This document shows, in pieces, positions 11,035 to 20,824 of a stretch of 32,923 bases of DNA (positions are counted from its first letter, which is position 1; each line of letters opens with the position of its first letter). The notes beneath the pieces are model-generated. The model saw nothing but the letters and a program-made list of their open reading frames with translations, had not been told where the DNA came from and searched no databases. This stretch comes from Macrostomum lignano (taxonomy: Eukaryota). The stretch is taken from positions 1-32,923 of the forward strand of contig NIVC01004864.1 in the NCBI GenBank assembly GCA_002269645.1, given 5' to 3'. A program made the translations under genes and the position numbers.

Positions 11035-11466
11035 CCGGGCACCCTTCTCACGACCCTGGGGCATCAACTCTTTCCATTCCTGCCCCACATGGCACCCACC
11101 TCACGCCCCTGGGGCATCAACCCTCTCCATTCCTGCCCCACACGGCACCCACCTCACGCCCCTGGGGCATCAACTCTTTCCATTCCTGCCCCACACGGCA
11201 CCCACCTCACGCCCCTGGGGCATCAACTCTCTCCATTCCTGCCCCACACGGCACCCACCTCACGCCCCTGGGGCATCAACTCTCTCCATTCCTGCCCCAC
11301 ATGGCACCCACCTCACGCCCCTGGGGCATCAACTCTCTCCATTCCTGCCCCACATGGCACCCACCTCACGCCCCTGGGGCATCAACTCTCTTCATTCCTG
11401 CCCCACACGGCACCCACCTCACGCCCCTGGGGCATCAACCCTCTCCATTCCTGCCTCACATGGCAC
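11035..11466. repeat. 53-bp minisatellite, about 8 copies; left part of an array split by the transposon
   Basis: CACGCCCCTGGGGCATCAAC at 11102, 11155 and onward; the same unit resumes at 19549. Confidence 0.95.
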
Positions 11467-11809
11467 CCCGCTGGGACCCAACTCCGATTTTCAACTGTAA
11501 ACTAACTGACTCAAAGAAGAGGAAAATCAAGCCGATTTTCATCCGATTTTCATCTTGTTGGAACGTCAATGTCGTCGGCTCGATTTTAGGCAGATGAAAG
11601 TATAAAAAAACGGATGAAATTCGGACTAACATTCATCTTCGTTCGATTCTCACCGGTTTTTGTCGGACCGAAAGAGAAAAGTCGGTCCGACAAAATCGAC
11701 GACTCATCGATTTCTCTAAGAAAACGTAACAACTACTCCGACATTCACCAGATATAAGTCCGACTTTCAGCGGTGTGTAAACCTGCATAAATATGACGAT
11801 GTTATTCAC

Positions 11810-12222
11810 TCCGATTTTCACCGATTTTCATCTGCACAAGTCGGACTAACTGCTACGCGACTTTCACCAGATATTGAAGATCCGATTTTCACCGATTTTC
11901 ATCTGCACAAGTCGGACTAACTGCTACGCGACTTTCACCAGATATTGAAGATCCGATTTTCACCGATTTTCATCTGCACAAGTCGGACTAACTGCTACGC
12001 GACTTTCACCAGATATTGAAGATCCGATTTTCACCGATTTTCATCTGCACAAGTCGGACTAACTGCTACGCGACTTTCACCAGATATTGAAGATCCGATT
12101 TTCACCGATTTTCATCTGCACAAGTCGGACTAACTGCTACGCGACTTTCACCAGATATTGAAGATCCGATTTTCACCGATTTTCATCTGCACAAGTCAGA
12201 CTAACTGCTACGCGACTTTCAC
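11810..12222. repeat. 71-bp subterminal tandem repeat of the transposon left end, about 5.8 copies
   Basis: Period 71 (CCGATTTTCACCGATTTTCATC at 11882 and 11953). Confidence 0.93.
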
Positions 12223-12598
12223 CCGACAATGATGGCTCGAATTAATGGAACAATGTTGGTCTCAATATATATTCACCAAAGTAAGAAACTAACAGTGTTT
12301 GACTCAAGATTTTGCGGTTTGTAATTATAAAATTAAATGTTGTAGCAAGTTTTAAAATATAATTAAAGTTGACAGCTTAATTACTATATTATTTTTTACA
12401 AAAGTACCATTAGTTTGAAAAATTATATTGGCGTTTACCTTTTAGTTTGTTAAAAATTATTCGTTTGTATAAACTTTAGAAAAAATGCTGAAGTATGTTT
12501 AAAGTTTAATATGAATAATATGCATATGATATGGAAGTACGATAAAGTAGATAAAATTGTTATAAAACAGTTTTAAGTGACTTCCACCCTCTCCCAGA

Positions 12599-13870
12599 TC
12601 AGGCAGGACCAGATTTTTCGGCCTTGTCCGCCGTTTTGTCGGCCTCGTCCGCCGTTTTGTCGGCCTTGTTTGCAGGCTTGGTCGCTTTCGCTTCACGTTT
12701 CTCTAACGGGTGTCCCGCCCTCTTCTTTGCCTGGTTAATGGCGTCGACGCATGCCGCGTAGGCCCGCTGAATTTCGGCGCGAGACACTTTGACACCGTTA
12801 TTATCCAGATGCTGGATAATGACGTCAATTCTGGTGCGGTCCGCCGCCACTCGCGTGTTCTCCCCGGAGCTACGGCCGGTAAATGATGTGTCTTCTAGCT
12901 CTATTTTTTCAAAAAGAGCGCGAATACAAAATCGGAGCAGGCTCCCGCGAAGTTTCGACAACTTGTCAACGTCTTCGCAGCGCTTCAACTGCTCAATTTG
13001 TGTTAGGATTGACGCACGATCCATAGCTCGCACCTGTGTGTATTGTGATCATCCGAAAGGTGGGGCATAATAAGTCTGTACATTGTAACTTGTATATTGT
13101 CTGTGAAACAATATTAGATTTCGGATAATAATAATAACGACGGAATCTAATGATTTATGCGTCATTACCTTCTGGGTCGGAAATTCCTCAGAGAGTGGAA
13201 CGTAAATGCGATCACAGCCGGACTTCGACCGGCCAGCGGATTTTAGCTGACATGTAACGTTTAGCGGCGCAACACTTTCAGAGGTACAATCCTCGTCGTC
13301 CTCGTCGTCGGCATCGGCCGCAGAAGTGATTGCGGCAGCGACTGATAAAAGAGCGCGTCGCCTGACCTGCGCGGCATAAACCATGGCTTCAGTTAACTGC
13401 TCCTGCAGCCGCGAGGTAGATTCGCGAAGAGCTGCTACTTCATTAGCCCTGTTGTCCAGCAGTTTTAAGAGCTCAACACGCTCCTGACGGAGGGCCATTA
13501 GTTCAGTTTTCCAAGTTTTCTGTTGCTCGTCCTTTCTGGAGCATTCAGGGCAGCTATCGACATTTGTTGGCAGCGATGTCGTGGGTGGAGGATCTGCCTC
13601 TGATTCCACACTGTGGCAGAGTTTCAGAAATTTCCTGCCCTGCTCCATAGAAGCAAACGGGCCCTTGATAATTGTGGCCGGATGCCGAGCAGCACTTTGT
13701 TTATTTCTCTTGGCCAAAACAACTTCCACCTGTTGGCCAACAGTGCGGACGTAGCCGTCGTCCAAGTCGACACCCTCGTCTAAAACGTCGACGTCATTAA
13801 CGAGGGCGCACTGCTTCTTGCCCAGTTTAAACTGTACCAACCAAATAATCTCAGCTGCTTTGGGCGGCAT
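12599..13870 (-). CDS. Transposon gene 3: N-terminal globular domain, coiled coil and BEN-like domain, about 378 aa; exons 13870-13169 and 13033-12599
   Basis: ATG at 13870. A phase-0 intron 13168-13034 (AAG|GTAATG...ACACACAG|GTG) joins the two track ORFs in frame. The C-terminal region LLRFCIRALFEKIELEDTSFTG...ADRTRIDVIIQHL...IQRAYAACVDAINQAKKR matches the BEN helical pattern by eye. Confidence 0.65.
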
Positions 13871-14271
13871 TTTTTAGGCAAATTGGCCTTTAAGTCTGTA
13901 ACAATTGGTGTGGGTAATTTAGGTTTATCGCAAATAATAGAATTAACTGGGATATATTCGGAGTGGAGTTATACAGAAAACTATGTAGATAAACAGATAG
14001 ATAGATAGTACAAACAGTACGGAATGGCGGCGCATCGGCGCAGTCTAAGTTGGCATTTGAACTGTTGTGCATACGATAGGTACGCGTCTAATTACGAATA
14101 TAGGTGTCTATACTGAGAAAACGTGACACTGGCAACATTAAATAAATAAAGTATAAATGGAGACAGAAAGGAAGTATCAAACCTTGATTTATATATTTTT
14201 GTTCGTATCCGTACATAAAACTGACATGAATTATTGCTGTTCGAATCTGTACATAAAAAAACTGACATGAA

Positions 14272-15242
14272 TTATACATTGGCAAATGCATTATGCAGAT
14301 AGCAATAGCGTCGCGATGCTACACCTCCGACGCCTCTCCACAGGCACACACACTCAAACGCCATCGAGGGCGGAGGTTCATCTCGCTCATCCTGCGTCTC
14401 AGCTGCGGTTGCGTCCTGGCGATCCTCACTTTCTGCAGTCTCAGCTGCGGTTGCGTCCTGGCGATCCTCACTTTCTGCAGTCTCAGCTGCGGTTGCGTCC
14501 TGGCGATCCTCACTTTCTGCAGTCTCAGCTGCGGTTGCGTCCTGGCGATCCTCACTTTCTGCAGTCTCAGCTGCGGTTGCGTCCTGGCGATCCTCACTTT
14601 CTGCAGTCTCAGCTGCGGTTGCGTCCTGGCGATCCTCACTTTCTGCAGTCTCGCAATCCAGTCGAGGCTGCTTAATTGCCAGGTAGCCGTAAAACTCGCT
14701 GCGCTCGCTGTCCTGTTCCTCGTGATCCACAACGACCTGTTTAACGGTATGGGAGCACTCTTGTCATACTAAATTGTACGAGCTAATGGATATATTGCAT
14801 GTAGAGTAAGTGGGCAGCTTACCCTGGGACGCGGATATACCCGGCGGATGCACTCCGCTCGCACGCTGAGCGCTAATTTTTTGCCATTGGCTGAAATGCT
14901 AGCGGAGGAGAGGGCACCGCCTCCCAAAATAAAAATTTTGGGAGACTCCAGCAACAGAGTTGCGCCGGGTAGGAGCTCGGGAAACAGTCTCGTCGCCCGG
15001 ACGTCAACGACTGCTTCAATATAAGTAAAGTCGTCACACAAAGTTGCGGTGAGGAAACTCTCAGGTTCCACGACTTCGAGTGCTCGGACAAACGCAAGTA
15101 CGACAGACTTGGTCTTTTCGACTGGTGCGTCGCATAAGGTTGCATGGCACTCCAGGTACGCCAGATCGTCTGGGCACAACGCGCGAGTATCCATTTGCGC
15201 CGCAACCCACGATGGGGATTCGTGAATGTTGAAATTCGACAT
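14272..15242 (-). CDS. Transposon gene 2: OB-fold-like domain plus acidic 14-aa repeats; exons 15242-14823 and 14736-14272
   Basis: ATG (MSNFNIH) at 15242. A phase-0 86-bp intron 14822-14737 (AGG|GTAAGC...TTAAACAG|GTC) joins the two ORFs in frame. The segment LCDDFTYIEAVV...ELLPGATLLLESPKIF...LSVRAECIRRVYP is OB-fold-like. The extent of exon 2 is uncertain. Confidence 0.6.
14396..14655. repeat. 42-bp tandem repeat, about 6 copies, coding (AAETAESEDRQDAT)n on the minus strand
   Basis: TCTCAGCTGCGG at 14439 and 14481. Confidence 0.92.
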
Positions 15243-15849
15243 TCTGAAAGTTTTTGTGGTATTCAAATGTATTGCGATCCTTCAGATCTAATCATAATCT
15301 GAAGTGAGTGCACTCAATTTAAGGAACACGAAGGAATAAAAAGTAAAAAAGAAGCACGATTTACATAATATATTTCCTGATATGTAAATTATATATTTAT
15401 TATTAATTTATTATTATTATTTATTATATGTAAATACATATTTACAGCATATTTACAATGTATTTACATTTGGATAAAATTTTAAATATAACACTGCTTG
15501 GTGGGCCAGCTAGCAAGAAAAAGACAAAGAACGGAGAAAGTGAAGTGCATGGCAAATGCACTTAATAATTGTAGCCCATACTCGTACTTTGCAAGTTTCG
15601 TCCCCTTTTTATTACGTGCTAACTGTAGTAGTCCCCATTCACTTATGTCTATGACCACGACCTTAAAACCCTCGTATTGCCTCCCCCCGAGCGCGTCTTC
15701 TCTCTAAGTTTTTCTTCGGCCCAAAGCTTTCGTAATCGCATGACAAATAAAAAGCAATATCAGCCATAAGAGATAATCTGCAACAAGACAAATACGTCAG
15801 TTACCAGACACAACAGAAAGAAAGCGAGAAAGATAAAAAGACCGCTAGC

Positions 15850-18622
15850 CTACGAATAATTCAGCTGCGAGAACGGCATCAGAGCAATATGCGTTCTGCT
15901 CACAAGGCACGTGCCCAGGATTTTGTCGGTGCCGACTGTGTATGCAGCAGCGTCCGATTCATCGTCGCTGCAGAAAGGATCCTCCATCAGGCGCACGACA
16001 TGCGCGAGCCGACAACCACGACTGGGTGATTGTGGAGGCAATGAACAGAGTGGAGCGGCCGGATAATATACCAGCTCCGCCGTCTTGATGAGCCTAAGAG
16101 TGGTTTTCACGATGTTGATGTCCACGTCAGCTTGAATCGCTTCTACTTTGCTGAAAATTATTTCAGTGGCTGCCTGGCCTTGAGTAGCTACGAAGCAGGA
16201 TGCCGTCTTCGAAGCCCTAGCTGCAGCTGTACAGACTTCGATGAAAAGTCCATTGGGGAGAGTGGCTGTACGGAAGCTCTCCGCCTGATGCGGCACTGGG
16301 TTCTGCAGTTTAACGCCTCCAACGAAGACTGCAGTTGTGCCTCGGTCTTCGTTAGGCTCCTGGTCCCGCAGTGTCTCCACATGGCGACTGATTGATTTCA
16401 GTATCTCGACATCTTGCAGCCGCGATCCGTGGATCATGCTGCGGAGACGGAAATGAGTGGCTTCGAACAGCGAAGCGGACAGCCGTTGAAGAGGCCCGAA
16501 CTGGAACACGGCAGAGGTCATGTGCGCGCACAATTGGTGCGAATTGTATGTGAGGGCCCGCAACGAGTACAGCGTCGGTAGGCACCTGGTGTGTGCAGTA
16601 AGGATGTAGATATTGCAGATATAAGCTTCAACAGCTAGGATGTAAGGTTTAAAACAGGATATTGCACTCACTTTTGAAATAGCTCCAAGGAAGTCTGTGC
16701 ACGCATAACTTCCACAAGCGACGCGCCTTCCAAACTTAGCCAAAAAATAGCGGAGCTCAACAGTAGCAGATGCAAATAATAGTCGCGGGTCGTAGGGTCC
16801 GTAAGAAAGTCGCCAAGGACCATTGGACCGACTGCAAAGGCCCAGACCGCGAACTCATGGCCACGGAAGCGGGACAGCTCACGCAGTGACCGCAGATTTC
16901 TGCGGTGAACGCTTCGGGCACGATAATTTCGCCCACGACTGCGTCGATGTCATCCAGTCGCGAATGCAGGCCTGGAGTATCGGCATCTGGATCCGGCCGC
17001 TCTCTGCGCTGACAAAAAAGCTGCCGCAGAAGCCACTTCACTTGACCGATTTCAAGCTGATGCAAGCAGCACGGAGGGCAACCAGATGTGAAATCAAAGC
17101 CGTTTAGATTTCGCAAAGGGGAGACGGCTTTCACCTGCATAAAATGTGTGGAAAAGCAGCTGTGTATGTATATGTACTTTTTACTCATTATAGCCAATAA
17201 AACATTACGTCTTACCCCAAGCACGTCGTCAGCACGCGGAGGAATATTTGCAGCTAGATGAAGCGTATCTCGCTTGCACCGGAGGGTCGTCACCCTGCAA
17301 CCGGCACGTCTAGCAGCTCTCTGAGTGGTACTGGTTATCGCCAGCGGGTAGTAACGACAGCCCCGTATTAGTGGGTGCGTCTCCATGTAGCATTTGTCGC
17401 AGCCGTAGCGTGCGTTGTAACGCTTAATGCCAATGGCATCGGCGCGGACAGGGGCGTCGAATATCCCGATGAGCGGATGCAGGTAAATCTGGCGACAGGC
17501 ACCGGTTTCGTCGGTGACTCGAATGCCCTCCTCGCGCAACATGTTGAGCATGGGCACCACCAACTGCAAGAAGCGCGAGGCTCGCAATGATTTTTTGCCC
17601 GACCACACGCCGCAGAGCACGACAAAGCGCATCTTAAGCTTGTCGGCTATCTCATTTATAACAAGATACACGGGGCAAACTTCAGCGCCGGATGATCTTG
17701 CGACCGCGAAGCTGTCCGTACATAGCGTGTATGATAGGTCGCATCGATCGTGCGGCTGAATGCGCTGCATAAAATTTTGATACGCCATGCTCCCCGCGAA
17801 GCTTAGACAACCTGGAGTATATACTTGATCACAGGGAAAAGTGACGTGGCGCAGCAGCCCATTTTGATCAATCATAACACGCAGCTGGGGGCGAACATCA
17901 AGCACCCAAAATTTCACGAGGTGCGCCTGGCATTGCTCACAGCGCGCGCCAGCTGGTGCTTCTCCGATGTGACTCAAACTGCAGGAGCAGCACACGGAGT
18001 GGCAAGTCGCATTTTTAGGTCGAAAGCAACCCTTTGTAGGCGCAATTCCCAGTGCCTTGTCGAGCTGCTTTATTGTGCGGGGAGCATTGTTGCCCCTTGG
18101 CAAAAGTCTTTGAATCAATTGGAGTAGCGAGGTTGTCGACTTTCGGCGTAGCTTGCTTTTTCTACGAAAGGCCTCGATTGCTGCAGCTGCTTCACTAACA
18201 GTTATTGATGCTCCACCAAATAAAAGGTGATCTTGACGAGTCGGTGGCGAATCAGCGGGACCGCCGCTGGCACCGGAAGGCGAAGCCCCGTCGGCCTGGG
18301 AATTATGCAGCGGCTCCTCCGATGCTGGCGAATCAGTGGGACCGCCGCTGGCACCGGAAGGCGAAGCCCCGTCGGCCTGGGAATTATGCAGCGGCTCCTC
18401 CGATGCTGGCGAATCAGCGGGACCGCCGCTGGCACCGGAAGGCGAAGCCCCGTCGGCCTGGGAATTATGCAGCGGCTCCTCCGATGCTGGCGAATCAGCG
18501 GGACCGCCGCTGGCACCGGAAGGCAATGCTTCGTTGCGTCTTTGTTTTTTTATTTCTTTCTGGCGCTGCCTCCACTCCTGTTGCCGCTTTCTATTGGACT
18601 TCGGCATTTTGAGTAAAGACAT
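15850..18622 (-). CDS. CMC/EnSpm-type DDE transposase, about 868 aa after repair of a 1-nt frameshift near 16903; exons 18622-17216, 17134-16672 and 16585-15850
   Basis: Motifs: CCSC...CEQC zinc knuckle, LCTDSF, IFDAPVRA, YGCDKC, CLH...IGQVK. After the frameshift: RRNLRSLRELSRFRGHEF...GPMVL...YYLHLLLL, then TYNSHQL, FGPLQRLSASLFE and IHG. The GT-AG introns of 81 bp (17215-17135) and 86 bp (16671-16586) have consistent phases. Confidence 0.88.
18250..18525. repeat. 81-bp repeat, about 3.4 copies, coding a 27-aa unit in the transposase N-terminus
   Basis: CCGCCGCTGG at 18261 and 18342; unit SGASGGPADSPASEEPLHNSQADGASP. Confidence 0.92.
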
Positions 18623-19177
18623 GCGTCGAACACAGCTGCGGGAGGGATTTACAACTCAAATTATTGCTTCAGCAATGAGAACAAAGTTAACTAAAGTAAT
18701 TAAAGAAATAAAGCTGCTAAGAAATTATCCGAAAATCAATGAGATGTCTGATCTGACTATTGATAGATATGACCCGACATATGATAGACACGAACTAAAT
18801 TTTGATATACAATGCTGCTTAAACCCTAAATATATGGACAGGAAAAACAGGATACAGGAAAATGGACACTAAGAGTGAAAATAAAGCACTAAACATAAAC
18901 ACAGTGATTGCAGATTCACACTGCATTTCAATAGTTTTAGACATCAGTATATTTGATATGGACACAATTTAATGTCAATTTTAATGTAGGCATGTACTAG
19001 TGTATAATATTACATAAGGCATGTAATACAAAGAGCCACCGGCAATGTAGACTGGCATAATTAAGCGGGTGGTGGAAGAGCCAGATCAAGCGACAGGGGA
19101 TGGATGACTATGACACTCTTCAATCAGCAGACGGCGCCCAGACGCAGCGCCGCAGCATCTTATAGCACTTTATCCAA

Positions 19178-19383
19178 GTAAGGTGAAAAATGGGTAAATG
19201 TCGGTGAAAAATCGTGCCAAAACTCCACGGAACTTAAGCCGACTTTTCTCCGACAAAATGTAGGTGAAAATCGGGTAAACGTCGGTGAAAAATCGTGCCA
19301 AAACTGCACCGAACTTAAGCCGACTTTTCTTCGACAAAATGTAGGTGAAAATCGGGTAAATGTCTGTGAAAAATCGTGCCAAA
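19178..19383. repeat. 81-bp subterminal repeat of the transposon right end, about 2.5 copies
   Basis: TAGGTGAAAATCGGG at 19261 and 19342. It contains TGAAAATCGG, the reverse complement of the left-end motif. Confidence 0.88.
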
Positions 19384-19548
19384 ACAATTCAGACTTTAGT
19401 CTGCTTTTATCGGCCTGAAAAACGAGCGAAAGTCGGGAAGAAATCGTGTATATTTCAGTCCGATAATCGAATCGTATAAAAATCGTGTGAAAATCGGGTT
19501 GATAATGATCAGACAGTTTGCAAGATGTCGGAGTTGGGTCCCAGCGGG

Positions 19549-19637
19549 ACCCACCTCACGCCCCTGGGGCATCAACTCTCTCCATTCCTGCCCCATACGG
19601 CACCCAGCTTACGCCCCTGGGGCATCAAACCTCTCCA
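19549..19637. repeat. Right remnant of the 53-bp minisatellite, about 1.6 units
   Basis: ACCCACCTCACGCCCCTGGGGCATCAAC continues in register after the TSD. Confidence 0.93.
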
Positions 19638-20284
19638 TTATTAAAAAAAATTGGTCAGGCAACACGATTAATTTGTTGAAAGTATAACAAATAGAAACGC
19701 AAGACAGGAATTTTGTTTCTTGTCTTGCAGCATGCAGGAAGTTGGCGTTTTTATTAAAAGCAGAGAATTTTCACTTTTGCAAACACTACATTTACTAGCA
19801 GCAGAGTGGCATCGCTATTGACAAAAATATATTTAATTGAATAAAATTGAACAGATGAAGCATAGGCAGTCAGCAGCCATGACACTTTGCTCTTGTCTGT
19901 TGGCGCCATTCCAAAAAACGCTGGGGAAAATGGGAAACGCGCGGCACAAATACATCGACTTAATTATTTCTCGAGGGTTTGAGCAAGACTGCTCAAATAA
20001 TTCACACTAACTAAGATGAGAAACAGGACGCACAGATCGAATAAATGCCATTATATTTGTGAATTAGCCAGGAACAGGCTGCTCCAATGCGAAAGATATC
20101 GGTATTGTTATATTATAACATCACAAAACTTTCATTTATACTACTTTCAGTAAGTCAAGCGAGTAGTACAGATGGGAAATTCTGGGTCCAGCGACTACAG
20201 AATAAATAAAAGAAATTCCAATAGTTGCTATTTCGGCATAGGAATTTAAGAAGCCCCTACTCCCGGTACGGAAAAACACCAACT

Positions 20285-20755
20285 ACCGATTTGGAGAGCT
20301 ACATCCGGTTCAGTTCGAAAAGTTACTTCCGGTTCTGATAGTTACTTCCGGTTCAGAGTGCAACTTTTGGTCTGGAAAGCTACTTTCGGTTCGGAGAGCT
20401 ACTTCCGGTCTGGAGCTACTTTCGGTTTGGAAAGCAACTTCCAGTTTGGAAAGCTACTTTCGGTTCGGAGAGCTACTTCCGGTTTGGAAAGCTGCTTTCG
20501 GTTCGGAGAGCTACTTCCGGTTTGGAAAGCTACTTTCGGTTCGGAGAGCTACTTCCGGTTTGGAAAGCTGCTTTCGGTTCGGAGAGCTACTTCCGGTTTG
20601 GAAAGCTACTTTCGGTTCGGAAAGCTACTTCCGGTCTGGAGCTACTTTCGGTTTGGAAAGCAACTTCCGGTTTGGAAAGCTACTTTCGGTTCGGAAAAGT
20701 ACTTCCGGTTCGGAGAGCTACTTCCGGTTCGAATAACTATTTCCGGTTTGGACAG
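20285..20755. repeat. ~19-bp satellite (GAGCTACTTCCGGTTCGGA) downstream of GTF2H1
   Basis: Visible degenerate array; the same family occurs at 21398-22205. Confidence 0.9.
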
Positions 20756-20824
20756 CTACACCCTTTACAAATCATACAATTTTTGCGGTAACTGCGAGTC
20801 AGCAGCCAGTTTGGGTGGCAGTTG

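Larger units (their letters stand above)
11467..19548 (-). mobile_element. Full-length CMC/EnSpm(CACTA)-like DNA transposon, 8,082 bp, three genes
   Basis: Perfect 21-bp TIRs: CCCGCTGGGACCCAACTCCGA (11467-11487) and TCGGAGTTGGGTCCCAGCGGG (19528-19548). AC TSD at 11465-11466 and 19549-19550. Inverted subterminal repeats and an internal CMC-type transposase. CCC termini with a 2-bp TSD fit the CMC superfamily. Confidence 0.92.

Noticed and set aside
11810-12222. Regular repeats that might suggest a CRISPR array
   Set aside because: The units are contiguous and identical with no unique spacers, the context is eukaryotic, and there are no cas genes.
18336-18872. Plus-strand 178-aa ORF inside the transposon
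   Set aside because: It is antisense to the transposase repeats and its AT-rich promoter region, with no recognisable motif.
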